Below, piece by piece: positions 26,183-36,126 of a DNA stretch of 64,000 nucleotides. The stretch lies in contig JBDHZC010000005.1 of assembly GCA_039811685.1 (NCBI GenBank), positions 64,001 to 128,000 on the forward strand. Reading direction: 5' to 3'. A model generated the notes under the pieces. That model was not told where the DNA came from. It saw nothing but the letters and a program-made list of their open reading frames with translations, and made no database searches. This DNA comes from Armatimonadota bacterium (lineage in GTDB: Bacteria; Armatimonadota; UBA5829; DSUL01). Made by a program: the position numbers and the translations under genes. Every line of letters begins with the position of its first letter. Position 1 is the first letter of the stretch.

Positions 26183-27421
26183 ATGAAACCGACTGTTGGC
26201 ATAGTAACAACCTGGTTTGAGCGCGGAGCTGCCTACGTCAGCCGCGCCTACAGGGAGCTGCTCGTCCCGGACTTTGACGTGCAGATTTATGCGCGAGGCG
26301 GGGAGAGCTTCGCCCGCGGCAACCCGGACTGGGACGACGCCTCAGTGTGGTGGAGCGAGCACCGCGCCGGCACATTCATTGACCGTGCAGACTTTGAGCG
26401 CTGGATTGACGAGCGCGGCGTCGGGCTGATTCTGTTCAACGAGCAGAACTGGCTGCCTCCTGTAATCTGGGCGCATGAGAAGGGCTGCCGGACAGTGGCT
26501 TACGTGGACTTCTACACTCCTGAGCTTGTGCCGCTCTTCCGCGCGTACGATGAGGTCTGGTGCAACACGCGCCGTCACCACTCCGTTTTTGAGAACCATC
26601 CGCGGGCGCGCTACATTCCGTGGGGGACTGACCTGGACCTCTTCAAACCCGCCGGACACGAGCCGTCTGAAGAGCTGATCTTCTTTCACTCAGCGGGGAT
26701 GGGAGGAGCGGACCTGGCGCGGGGAATTCTACCCCGCAAAGGCACCGATCTTGCGACTCAGGCCTTTCGGCGCGTGCAGGGACCGGCGCGGCTCATCGTT
26801 CATTCCCAGCTTCCCCTGGCGGCTTTTGGCAGCGTGACAGAAGAGGCTGTGCAGGCGGATGAACGCATTCAGTTCATCGAAAAAACTGTTCCCGCTCCGG
26901 GTCTGTACCATCTGGGTGACGTCTATCTTTACCCGACACGGCTGGAAGGCATCGGGCTGAGCATTATTGAAGCGCTGGCGTGCGGTCTCCCGGTCATCGC
27001 CACCGGTACCGGGCCCTGCAATGAGTTTGTCGTCGAGGGCAAGAGCGGCTGGCTGGTTCCGGTCGCGCGCCGTCAGATGCGCCGGGATGGCTATTACTGG
27101 CCACTGGCCGAGTGCGATCTGGACGCGCTGGTCCGCATCATACAGACCTGCATAAATGAGCGCAAATGTCGCCCCCAGTGGAGAGCGAACGCTCGCGATT
27201 TTGCCACTGAGCGTTTGGACTGGATCGCCAACCGGGCGGCGGTTCAGGGCTACGTGCGGGAGCTACTGGCTTCGGACCCTCTTCCTGTGCCGGCGGCCAT
27301 CCGGCGGGAGATTCTGGCGCAGGGCGCCTCAGGAAGCCTGGCCACCAGGCTGCTGCGCCGGATGAAGCGGCAGGCGGTGCGTCTGAGACATGATCTGGCC
27401 ATGAGGCATGTCCATGCGTAA
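26183..27421 (+). CDS. Glycosyltransferase family 4
   Basis: PTRLEGIGLSIIEALACGLPVI (E-X7-E). Confidence 0.9.
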   Translation: MKPTVGIVTTWFERGAAYVSRAYRELLVPDFDVQIYARGGESFARGNPDWDDASVWWSEHRAGTFIDRADFERWIDERGVGLILFNEQNWLPPVIWAHEKGCRTVAYVDFYTPELVPLFRAYDEVWCNTRRHHSVFENHPRARYIPWGTDLDLFKPAGHEPSEELIFFHSAGMGGADLARGILPRKGTDLATQAFRRVQGPARLIVHSQLPLAAFGSVTEEAVQADERIQFIEKTVPAPGLYHLGDVYLYPTRLEGIGLSIIEALACGLPVIATGTGPCNEFVVEGKSGWLVPVARRQMRRDGYYWPLAECDLDALVRIIQTCINERKCRPQWRANARDFATERLDWIANRAAVQGYVRELLASDPLPVPAAIRREILAQGASGSLATRLLRRMKRQAVRLRHDLAMRHVHA

Positions 27422-28355
27422 GACGCCGCTCGCCCTGTTCACCTACAACCGTCCTCAGTACACTCGCAGCGCGATGGAGGCGCTCGCTCGCTGCCGCAGA
27501 CTGGAGGAATGTGAGGTTTTTGTCTTTTGTGACGGCCCGAAGACCCTGGAGCACGCGAGCGCCGTCGAAGAAAGCCGCAGGGCTGCTCACGAACTTGCGC
27601 CTGCTGTAAACGCAACTGTTGTTGAGCGTCCGGAAAACTTCGGACTGGCTCGCAGTATTGTCGAGACAGTGACAGCTCTTTGCGCGGACTACGGGAGGGT
27701 CATTGTTCTGGAGGACGATCTCACGGCTCATCCGCGCTTTGTTGACTACATGCTGCAGGCGCTGGAGCGCTATGAGAATGACCACCGCGTGTATCAGGTA
27801 TCCGGCTTCATGTTCCCGGTATCGCACCCGCCTGGGCCGGATGCGTTTCTGATGCCTCTGTCCACGACGGTCGGCTGGGCGACGTGGGAGCGGGCATGGA
27901 AGGCGTTCGACCCGCAGCCGACGGACTGGGAGGCAGACCTGCGGGACGCGGAGTTCCGGGGCCGGCTGGACCTGGACGGGGCATGCGACTTCTCAGACAT
28001 GCTTCGCCAGCGCATGAACGGAGGCAATCAGTCGTGGGGGGTGCTTTGGTACTATGCGCTGGTCAAAGCCCGCGCTCTGGTGGCGCAACCGAGGCGTTCG
28101 CTGATCTATGTTGGAGGATTTGACAACAGCGGCGTTCACTGCGGGGCGCCCTCACCCATCTACAAACACGACCGCGATACGCTGCTGAGCCAGGAGTTTC
28201 CCGAGCGCTTCGTATTTTCAGACGCAGAGGATGAGCATGCCTTTCTGCGCGTGAAAGCCTTTCTGGCCGCTCAGAAGCCGGGGCCGATCCGGCGTCTCGG
28301 GTCATCCCTGCGCCAACGCGCCAGAAGCGCCTTTGGAGCCTTGCGAGCCGGATGA
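27408..28355 (+). CDS. GT-A fold glycosyltransferase (family 2-like)
   Basis: LFTYNRP, FCDGPK, VIVLEDD and GWATW motifs. Confidence 0.88.
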   Translation: MSMRKTPLALFTYNRPQYTRSAMEALARCRRLEECEVFVFCDGPKTLEHASAVEESRRAAHELAPAVNATVVERPENFGLARSIVETVTALCADYGRVIVLEDDLTAHPRFVDYMLQALERYENDHRVYQVSGFMFPVSHPPGPDAFLMPLSTTVGWATWERAWKAFDPQPTDWEADLRDAEFRGRLDLDGACDFSDMLRQRMNGGNQSWGVLWYYALVKARALVAQPRRSLIYVGGFDNSGVHCGAPSPIYKHDRDTLLSQEFPERFVFSDAEDEHAFLRVKAFLAAQKPGPIRRLGSSLRQRARSAFGALRAG

Positions 28356-28951
28356 TTCAGCGTCTCTACAACGGGCTGCGGCGCCGCACCCACCGCCGTT
28401 CGCTCAACGCGCAGCTTCATCCGGAGGCGGTCGTGACGCCCGAGACACAGGTGGAGAACTTCGCCGGAGGCCCTGAGCGCGTGCAGATCGGCGCCCACTC
28501 CTGCGTCCGCGGCAGGCTGATCACTTACGGCCACGGAGGGCGCATTGCGATAGGCGAGTGGTGCTATGTGGGAGTGCGCACAGAGATATGGAGCATGGAC
28601 GCGATCACCATCGGGGACCGGGTGATGATTGCGCACGACGTCAACATTCACGACGGAACCGCCCACTCGATGGACCCGGAAGAGCGTCACCGGCACTACC
28701 GCCACATCGTGGAGCGCGGCCACCCCAGGACATCTGAGGAGATGCCGGGAGTGTTTTCCGCTCCGGTAGTGATCGAGGACGACGTGTGGATATCGTTTGG
28801 CGTGACAATTTTGAAAGGCGTCACGATCGGCAAAGGCAGCGTGATCGCAGCTAAAAGCACAGTTCTGCGGGACGTCCCGCCGGGTGTGCTCTACCGGTGC
28901 GAGGTGACTCCTGTCATCACACCGCTGAAGCTCGGAGTCAGCGATGCTTAG
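28352..28951 (+). CDS. Hexapeptide-repeat (LbH) O-acyltransferase
   Basis: PVVIEDDVWISFGVTILKGVTIGKGSVI. Confidence 0.9.
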   Translation: MIQRLYNGLRRRTHRRSLNAQLHPEAVVTPETQVENFAGGPERVQIGAHSCVRGRLITYGHGGRIAIGEWCYVGVRTEIWSMDAITIGDRVMIAHDVNIHDGTAHSMDPEERHRHYRHIVERGHPRTSEEMPGVFSAPVVIEDDVWISFGVTILKGVTIGKGSVIAAKSTVLRDVPPGVLYRCEVTPVITPLKLGVSDA

Positions 28952-29540
28952 ACGGTGCCTGAAACGGGCGGCCACAGCGCTCGGAGTTCGCCGGGACGCT
29001 CTGAAGTGGCTTGGCGAGCGGGCGAAGGTGGGCGAAGGCGCGCGCATTGTTCACGCCTGCATCTCCGCTCCTGACCCTGCGGAGTGCGCGCTGACAATAG
29101 GTCAGGGCAGCAACATCGAGTGCAGTATCTGCTTTGAGCGCGCGGGAGCGAAGGTGACAATCGGGGCGCGCACGCATCTGGGCGGCAGGACGCTTCTGGA
29201 CTGCGCAAGCGAAATCTCTATCGGAGACGACGTGCTGGTGGCCTTTGACACGCTGATTGCCGATCACGACAGCCATTCCCTCGTCTTCAGCGAAAGACAG
29301 TACGACGTGCGCGACTGGATGAACGGGCGCAAGGACTGGTCGCATGTCAAAATGGCGCCGGTGAGGATCTGCGACAAAGCCTGGATCGGCGCACGGGCCA
29401 TCATCCTGAAAGGTGTCACAATCGGTGAGGGCGCGGTGATCGGCGCAGGCAGCGTGGTCACAAAGGACGTTCCGGCGTGGTGTGTGGCCGCCGGTAACCC
29501 TGCGCGTGTAATCAGGCAGGTGGAGGAGGCGTCCCCGTGA
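28944..29540 (+). CDS. Hexapeptide-repeat (LbH) O-acyltransferase
   Basis: AWIGARAIILKGVTIGEGAVIGAGSVVTKDVP...AGNPAR. Confidence 0.92.
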   Translation: MLRRCLKRAATALGVRRDALKWLGERAKVGEGARIVHACISAPDPAECALTIGQGSNIECSICFERAGAKVTIGARTHLGGRTLLDCASEISIGDDVLVAFDTLIADHDSHSLVFSERQYDVRDWMNGRKDWSHVKMAPVRICDKAWIGARAIILKGVTIGEGAVIGAGSVVTKDVPAWCVAAGNPARVIRQVEEASP

Positions 29541-30337
29541 GTGCGCCTCTCACCTGGGAAGAAGCCGTCCGGCGCTACCGTAGCGAACCCGCCAACGACA
29601 AGGGCGTGCGCGACAACTACTTTGACCTGCCCGTGTTGCAGGCAGCCCGGCGCTATGCGGATAGTGAAGAGTTCGCCGAAGTCGAGCGGCTGCTTGGCCC
29701 TCCGGATGGCGGTAGAGTCCTGGATCTTGGCGCGGGCAACGGGATAGCGAGCTTTGCGCTGGCGAAGGCCGGCTGGCAGGTGAGCGCGATTGACCCGGAC
29801 GGCAGCGCGGAAGTCGGAGTAGCGGCCATTCAGGCGCTCGCGGAAGAGACAGGTCTCAATATTGACACTCAGCGCACGCAAGGGGAAACGCTGCCTTTTG
29901 CCGATGCGTCCTTCAACGCCGTCCACGCGCGGCAAGTTCTTCACCATGCAGCCGATCTGGAGCTGATGCTGCGGGAGGTGGCCCGCGTTCTGAAGCCGGG
30001 CGGCTCTCTGCTGGCGACCCGAGAACACGTGGCGGACAACCCGCGCCAGCTTGAGCAGTTCCGGGCGTCTCATCCGCTTCACGGGCTCTATGGGGGCGAG
30101 AACGCTTTCTCTCTCCCGCGCTATCTCAGCGCTATTCAGGCCGCCGGATTGAGGATTGAAAAGGTCTGGGGACCGCTGGACTCCATTCTGAACTTCTACC
30201 CGGGAAGTGAAGAGCAGAGGCAGGCGGCGCTGCGCCGATCCGGGCGGCTGAAGTGGGCGCTTATCGGGTTTGTCATGGAGAAGCGGCGCGCGAGCGCCGC
30301 CGGCAGACTCTACAGTTTTCTGGCGGTACGCCCGTGA
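29537..30337 (+). CDS. Class I SAM-dependent methyltransferase
   Basis: VLDLGAGNG, LPFADASF and RVLKPGG motifs. Confidence 0.9.
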   Translation: MSAPLTWEEAVRRYRSEPANDKGVRDNYFDLPVLQAARRYADSEEFAEVERLLGPPDGGRVLDLGAGNGIASFALAKAGWQVSAIDPDGSAEVGVAAIQALAEETGLNIDTQRTQGETLPFADASFNAVHARQVLHHAADLELMLREVARVLKPGGSLLATREHVADNPRQLEQFRASHPLHGLYGGENAFSLPRYLSAIQAAGLRIEKVWGPLDSILNFYPGSEEQRQAALRRSGRLKWALIGFVMEKRRASAAGRLYSFLAVRP

Positions 30338-31254
30338 GGATGATTGTCACAGGCAGCCGCGGATTCCTCGGGGCGGCCTTTGGGCGTGTCGCCGGCGCTT
30401 CAGGATGGGAAGTGCTCGGAATTGCCCGGTCGAACCAGAGCGAGCCTGACTGGCTGGGGGAACACGTGTCAGCCGATGTCGCCTTTGCCGATCTCACCTC
30501 CGTCATAAGAGACTACAAGCCGGACGTCTTTGTTCACTGCGCGGGAACCGCCTCTGTTGGGGCGTCTTTTGAGTCGCCGGTGGACGATCTACGGGCGGCT
30601 GTTATGACATGGGCCAATGCGCTGGAGAGCATCCGGCGCTCTGGAGTGGGATGCGCCGTGATCTTCCCCTCCAGCGCGGCGGTGTACGGCAATCCTCTTG
30701 CTTTGCCAGTCGCTGAAGACGCGCCAGTCGCGCCAATCTCACCTTACGGGTTTCACAAAGCTGCATGTGAGCTGCTGGCAAAGGAGTATACGCACTGCTT
30801 CGGCCTGAGCGTGGTGGTCTGCCGGCTGTTCTCCGTCTTTGGACCTTCGCAGCGGCGGCTTCTGGTCTGGGAACTGTATGAACAGCTTACAAACGCGGGA
30901 CAGGATATCCACCTTCAAGGGACGGGGGAGGAGACACGCGACTACCTCTATGTGGACGACGCAGTGCAGGCGTGCCTGGCGGTCGCTGATGCGGCAAAGC
31001 TGCAGCCCGGCTCGGTGAGTGTAAACATCGCCAGCGGGCAGGAAACCAGAGTCGCTGATCTTGCTGAGGAGATGAGAGAGCTGATTAATCCTGGCAAGCG
31101 GCTTTTCTGCGCTCAGACTCAGCGCCGGGGCGACCCGCAGCGCTGGCGGGCCGACACCGGGCTTCTGCAATCGCTTGCGCCCCGGTGGGCGGCGCGGCCA
31201 CTGAGAGAGGGGCTCGAAGCGTGCGTGCAAGCCTGGGGGAAGCACTGCCCTTGA
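30334..31254 (+). CDS. NAD-dependent epimerase/dehydratase
   Basis: TGSRGFLG, SSAAVYG and YGFHK; GTGA overlap with the previous stop. Confidence 0.9.
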   Translation: MRMIVTGSRGFLGAAFGRVAGASGWEVLGIARSNQSEPDWLGEHVSADVAFADLTSVIRDYKPDVFVHCAGTASVGASFESPVDDLRAAVMTWANALESIRRSGVGCAVIFPSSAAVYGNPLALPVAEDAPVAPISPYGFHKAACELLAKEYTHCFGLSVVVCRLFSVFGPSQRRLLVWELYEQLTNAGQDIHLQGTGEETRDYLYVDDAVQACLAVADAAKLQPGSVSVNIASGQETRVADLAEEMRELINPGKRLFCAQTQRRGDPQRWRADTGLLQSLAPRWAARPLREGLEACVQAWGKHCP

Positions 31255-32387
31255 AGCTGGGAATCATTCTTGATCCCGCCGACTCAAGCTGGATTGGCGG
31301 CGCTATCTACATGCAGAACGTGCTCAGGAGTCTGTGCTCCTCGCAGGCGGATGTGGAAATCCTGGTCTGGTGCCAGCGTGGACGCATCGATGGGGTTCTT
31401 AGTGAACCAGTGGCGCAAGGCGTTCAGGTCATCGAGACATCTGCCGGCCGCCTGCCTGATGCCGCGGCACGACTGGTCCAGGTGCGCTCCATGCTGAAGC
31501 ATCGGATAGACGTACTTTTCGGAAGCCTGTCACGCCTGCCATGGTCGCCAGTGCCCTGGATTGGCTGGATTCCAGACTTCCAGCACGTGCGCCTTCCTGA
31601 GCATTTTTCCCCGGCTCAGCGCTCGCAACGAGACCGCATCTTTCGCAGAGTGATACAGCGCTCAAGCCGCATGATTTTCAGCAGTCAGGACGCGTTTGGC
31701 GACTTCACGCAGTTCGCTCCTGGCTTCACGGACAAGGGACACGTTGTTCCGTTTGTCTCTTTGTTCCCGGAAGCGTTTTACGAACCAGACCCCGAACAGA
31801 CAGTGTGCAAGTTCAACATTCAGCGCCCCTTCGCACTGACGCCAAATCAGTGGTGGGCACACAAGAATCACGAAACGCTGATCAGAGCAGCGGGAATACT
31901 CAGGCAGCGCGGCGTCGCGTGCCAGTTTGTGTTGACCGGAGCGCTCTCGGATGTGAGGGCTTCAGGTCATATTTCGCACCTGCTGCAATTAATGGCGGAG
32001 TTGAATGTACAGGATCGTTTTGTCCTTCTGGGGTTGCTCCCACGCGCTGAGCAGGTGCAACTTCAGCGCGCCGCGGATATTATTGTCCAACCGTCTCTGT
32101 TCGAAGGGTGGAGCACGGTTGTTGAAGACGCAAAGACGCTTGGAAAGACTATGGTAGTGTCAGACATCGCCGTACATCGGGAGCAGCAACCGCCAGGCAG
32201 TCTGTTCTTTGAGCCGGCAGACGCGGTGGACCTGGCGGACAAGATACAGCACGCGCTGGGCGGAGCCGGCCAGTGGGAGGACGAACAGAAGGCGAGACAA
32301 GACGCTTTACAGCGCGCAAGAGTATTCTCTGATGCATTTCTCGAAGTGTGTCGCTGTGCCGCGGCGCGAAGCTCTCCCCCAAAGTAA
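31251..32387 (+). CDS. Glycosyltransferase family 4
   Basis: PNQWWAHKNH and PSLFEGWSTVVEDAK; TTGA overlap. Confidence 0.9.
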   Translation: MKLGIILDPADSSWIGGAIYMQNVLRSLCSSQADVEILVWCQRGRIDGVLSEPVAQGVQVIETSAGRLPDAAARLVQVRSMLKHRIDVLFGSLSRLPWSPVPWIGWIPDFQHVRLPEHFSPAQRSQRDRIFRRVIQRSSRMIFSSQDAFGDFTQFAPGFTDKGHVVPFVSLFPEAFYEPDPEQTVCKFNIQRPFALTPNQWWAHKNHETLIRAAGILRQRGVACQFVLTGALSDVRASGHISHLLQLMAELNVQDRFVLLGLLPRAEQVQLQRAADIIVQPSLFEGWSTVVEDAKTLGKTMVVSDIAVHREQQPPGSLFFEPADAVDLADKIQHALGGAGQWEDEQKARQDALQRARVFSDAFLEVCRCAAARSSPPK

Positions 32388-32390
32388 GAT

Positions 32391-33563
32391 ATGAACCTTA
32401 GACACTCCTCGCCATCACCTGAAGACGGAGACTATCTGCTGTGGCTTGGGCCAATTCTGGACGAATCCACTCTGCAGCGGTCTCCAGCCGCCAGCCCCGC
32501 AGCGGCTCGATGGCAATTCGGCCTGGTTCAGGCCCTGCAGGATCTGGGGCAGAGCGTGTTCAACATCGGCCATGTCCCCGAAAGGCTCTGGCCTAAGGGA
32601 CGCCTGTTTATGGGGCGAAGCGCCGGGCGGCTGCCTTCCGGAATAGCAGGGCGGATCGTCAGGTATGTTAACGCTCCTTTCATCCGGCGCGGGAGTCTGC
32701 ACCGGCGCTACCTGCACTCCATGGCCCGCGCTGTCAGAAAACGCGGCCGCCCTTCAGCCGTTGTCACCTACAACGCCTACCCTCATAACGCTGTCTGCGG
32801 CCTGCGCGCAGTGCGCGATCTCAACGTACCCTGGGTATGTATAGCCGCAGACGCTCCCGGTGAGACCGCAGAGCGCAAAGTGCACGACGCAATCCTGGCA
32901 CAGGCTTCCGGACGGGTGCTCCTGTCCTGGGGTCTCTACCGTGACACGCCAGGCGAACCCAGGCTGCATCTTGACGGAGGGATAGAGGAGATTCGTTTTG
33001 CCCCTTCTTCAATGGAGCCTCAGCCAACCCCGGTGATTCTCTACACAGGGGCGCTCACCAAATGGGGCGGCGTGAGCCTGTTGATAGACGCTTTTGCACT
33101 CATTCGCTCACAAAGCGCGGAATTGTGGATATGCGGTCACGGAAACGACGCACAGGTGCGCGAAGCGGCGCAGGCTAATCCCCGCATCAAGTGGCTGGGA
33201 ATGGTCTCAGAAGAGAAGCTGCGCGAGGTCTCTGAAGCAGCCAGCGTTTTTGTCAATCCACGCCCGCCGGAGATCAAAGACAACGCGATGAACTTTCCGT
33301 CCAAGGTGCTTGAGTATCTGTCTTACGGCCGGCCGGTTGTGAGCACGTGGACGGACGGCCTCAGCCCTGATTACCGCGATGCGCTCATCGTACTCCAAAG
33401 CAGCGATCCGGAAGCTCTGGCTTCGGAAATCGACACAGTGCTGAGCTGGGATACGGAGCGCCTGCGGCTTCAGGCGCAAAAGGCGCACAGTTTCCTGCAA
33501 CAGAAGCTGTGGTCTCGTCAAGCGGAGCGGTTTCTGAAGTGGATGGAGACGGTGCGTGTCTGA
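32391..33563 (+). CDS. Glycosyltransferase family 4
   Basis: LYTGAL and FPSKVLEYLSYGRPVVS. Confidence 0.88.
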   Translation: MNLRHSSPSPEDGDYLLWLGPILDESTLQRSPAASPAAARWQFGLVQALQDLGQSVFNIGHVPERLWPKGRLFMGRSAGRLPSGIAGRIVRYVNAPFIRRGSLHRRYLHSMARAVRKRGRPSAVVTYNAYPHNAVCGLRAVRDLNVPWVCIAADAPGETAERKVHDAILAQASGRVLLSWGLYRDTPGEPRLHLDGGIEEIRFAPSSMEPQPTPVILYTGALTKWGGVSLLIDAFALIRSQSAELWICGHGNDAQVREAAQANPRIKWLGMVSEEKLREVSEAASVFVNPRPPEIKDNAMNFPSKVLEYLSYGRPVVSTWTDGLSPDYRDALIVLQSSDPEALASEIDTVLSWDTERLRLQAQKAHSFLQQKLWSRQAERFLKWMETVRV

Positions 33564-34665
33564 GGAGCAGCAGATTGTCTTCTGGCAGAACACCCTCAGC
33601 ATTCACCAGTCCGCGCTGATTTCGGCTTTGGCGGAGCGGGCGCAGGTGACTCTGGTGGCTGAGGAGGATGTTTATCCGGAGCGCTCGGACATGGGCTGGT
33701 TCCGGCCGGATTTTGGAAAGGCGAAGGTAGTTGTCGCACCCGGCGACGCGCAACTTCTCGAGTTCGCCCGCATGAGCCAGGCCGCCCATATCTTCACCGG
33801 TATTGGCGCCTACCCAATGGTGAGCCGGGCCATGGCGTCGTGCGCGGAGGCGGGTGGCTGGATGGCGATGCAAAGCGAGCCGGCGGACTGGCGAGGGCCA
33901 CTTGCACTTGCGCGCCTGGCGCGAGGACGCCACTACGCCCGTCGCTACGGGCAGACGCTTTCACTCGCTCTGGCGATCGGTCATCTGGCGCGGCAGTGGT
34001 TCCGCAGGATTGGCCTGCCAGAGTCCAGGACGCGCCCTTTCGCCTATTTCACCCAGGGCCCTGAGTCTGGGGTGGACGTGGAAGAGCGCGACGAGGTGCG
34101 TCTGATAGTTGTGGCAAGTCTTGTCACCCGCAAAGGAGTGGATATTCTGCTGCGAGCGTTGAGCGACGTGCCGGGGCCATGGTTTCTGACAATCGTGGGC
34201 GACGGCCCTGAGCGCAATACTCTGGAGAAGCTGGCGCTGTCTCGTGGATTGGATGAAAAAGTGCGCTTTGCAGGCTCACTCGCCAATGACGAAGCGATGC
34301 GCTTGCTCTCGCAGAGTGATCTCTTGATCCTTCCCAGCCGGTGGGATGGCTGGGGCGCAGTGGTGAACGAGGCTTTGATGCGGGGAGTTCCGGTTGTCTG
34401 TAGCAACCGCTGTGGAGCCTCTGATCTGATAGTCTCCGCAGAGCTTGGCGCAGTCTACGCGTGGCAGTCGCAGAGCGCTCTTTCTCAGGAGCTTGCGCGG
34501 CGTGTGGCGCACGGCCCGGCAATCAGCAGCCAGCGGCAGAGGATTCGTCAGTGGGCTGAATGTATCAGCGGAGAGCGAGCGGCGCAATACGTCCTGGATC
34601 TGATCAGAAGCGCGCGTGACAGCTCCGAAGCCCCGCGCCCTCCGTGGCGGCCATTTGTGGACTGA
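33556..34665 (+). CDS. Glycosyltransferase family 4
   Basis: LPSRWDGWGAVVNEALMRGVPVV. Confidence 0.9.
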   Translation: MSEEQQIVFWQNTLSIHQSALISALAERAQVTLVAEEDVYPERSDMGWFRPDFGKAKVVVAPGDAQLLEFARMSQAAHIFTGIGAYPMVSRAMASCAEAGGWMAMQSEPADWRGPLALARLARGRHYARRYGQTLSLALAIGHLARQWFRRIGLPESRTRPFAYFTQGPESGVDVEERDEVRLIVVASLVTRKGVDILLRALSDVPGPWFLTIVGDGPERNTLEKLALSRGLDEKVRFAGSLANDEAMRLLSQSDLLILPSRWDGWGAVVNEALMRGVPVVCSNRCGASDLIVSAELGAVYAWQSQSALSQELARRVAHGPAISSQRQRIRQWAECISGERAAQYVLDLIRSARDSSEAPRPPWRPFVD

Positions 34666-34684
34666 GCAGGCGCGGTGATTGATT

Positions 34685-34858
34685 TTAGAACGGGCTACCG
34701 GCGTCAACATCGGTAGGATGATCTATCAGGCGCTGGACGGCGGCTGTTCGCGTGGACGGGCTGGAAGCGCCTATCCCGCACGCGCTGGCGCTGCGGATTA
34801 TACAGAACGCCGGGAAAGCAACCAGCGCGACAAGAAACAAAACGATTATCAGCTTCAT
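34685..34858 (-). CDS. Small 57-aa putative membrane or secreted protein (below ORF-track cutoff)
   Basis: MKLIIVLFLVALVAFPAFCIIRSASACG...; AAGAGGAAG just upstream of the ATG. Confidence 0.55.
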   Translation of the reverse strand: MKLIIVLFLVALVAFPAFCIIRSASACGIGASSPSTRTAAVQRLIDHPTDVDAGSPF

Positions 34859-35003
34859 GGGAATCTTCCTCTTTCGTTTGCAGTAGCTTTGTCTATCTTA
34901 GGACCCGGCTACTGGAAAAAACAGAGCGCGCAGATTCCCCGCATTGGTACGGGTCTTTGCCTGTAGGGGGCAAAAAATCGGGCTTTTTGGGGCACTGGCA
35001 GGC

Positions 35004-35085
35004 AAAAAAATAGCCCGCGGAAGTAGCTTCAGCGGGCTCCAGAGAAAATATCTGACAGAAGGAGAAAAAGATATTTGGTTTCCAT
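35004..35085 (-). ncRNA. Candidate sigma54-dependent small RNA
   Basis: Follows a consensus sigma54 promoter; hairpin AAATATCT/AGATATTT with loop TTTTCTCCTTCTGTC; terminator AGCCCGC...GCGGGCT-ATTTTTTT. Confidence 0.55.
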
Positions 35086-35095
35086 CATTAATAAG

Positions 35096-35112
35096 TGCAA
35101 GAACCGTGCCAA
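35096..35112 (-). promoter_or_regulatory. sigma54 (RpoN) -24/-12 promoter
   Basis: Minus strand TTGGCACGGTTCTTGCA matches YTGGCACG-N4-TTGCW with GG-N10-GC spacing. Confidence 0.8.
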
Positions 35113-35270
35113 AAGCCAGATAGCGCTGAATTTTGTCCAGATTTTGCGTCAACAGGAGATGGGCAGTCTCTCCTGTGTCTCCTCTGCTGATGCCTGGAGC
35201 AGTGCTCCGGAGTGCGTCTGCGTCTGATATTCTGCTTGCGGATGACTGTCTCTGAAAGGATGCTGGGCCA

Positions 35271-36020
35271 TTGGGTCTTACAGCCGCTTTAGTCTGCAAA
35301 AATGAAGAGAAGAACATGGAGCGCGTCCTGCGCAGCGTGCAGTTTGCAGATCAAATCCTGGTTGTGGACTCCGGCTCGACGGACAAGACTCTGGAGATCG
35401 CGCGCAGGTTCACCGGGGACGTTATTGTGCGCGACTGGCCTGGCTTCTCGGCGCAGAAGAACTTCGCGTTGTCACAGGCCTCCGAGGAGTGGGTTTTATG
35501 CATGGACGCAGACGAGGAAGTCTCACCCGAGCTTGCCCTGGAGATTCAGGAGGTTGTAGCGGGCAGGCGTACCGGTTTTCGCTTCTACAACATGCCGCGC
35601 CTTACCCGTTTTGTGGACAGATGGATGCGCCACGGAGGATGGTATCCCGATCGGCAACTGCGCCTGCTTCAAAACGGAGCGGGGGAGTACAATGACCATC
35701 CGGTGCATGCGGCTATCACGCCAGACGAGCCCGTAGGCAAGCTGCAGGGAGACATCCTGCACTACAGCTTCGAATCCATTTCCGACTATGTGGACAGGAT
35801 GAATGGATACTCCTCCACTATGGCGCGAATGCTGCTGGAACGCACGCACCCTCCGCGCGTTGGACCGTTTGGTCTCGGACTGACGCTCGCGCGGAAATTT
35901 CTGGAAGTTTATCTCCTTAAGCGCGGCTTTTTGGACGGGGGCGACGGGTTTGTGGTGGCCTGCCTGGGAGCCTACAGCGTCTTTCTGCGGCAGGCGAAAG
36001 TCTGGCGGCCTGAAAAGTAA
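35271..36020 (+). CDS. Glycosyltransferase family 2, LPS-core beta-1,4-glucosyltransferase (WaaE/KdtX)-like
   Basis: VVDSGSTD, MDADE, HGGWYPD and RGFLDG motifs. Confidence 0.9.
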   Translation: MGLTAALVCKNEEKNMERVLRSVQFADQILVVDSGSTDKTLEIARRFTGDVIVRDWPGFSAQKNFALSQASEEWVLCMDADEEVSPELALEIQEVVAGRRTGFRFYNMPRLTRFVDRWMRHGGWYPDRQLRLLQNGAGEYNDHPVHAAITPDEPVGKLQGDILHYSFESISDYVDRMNGYSSTMARMLLERTHPPRVGPFGLGLTLARKFLEVYLLKRGFLDGGDGFVVACLGAYSVFLRQAKVWRPEK

Positions 36021-36126
36021 ACGGGACGAACGGGGCCTCAGAAGCGTTCTAATGGGTGAGGCTGTCAAGGCAGCCAGTCTCAAATGGAGAGTCGGCGTCA
36101 GACAAAACACAAAGGAAGGTTTGCCA

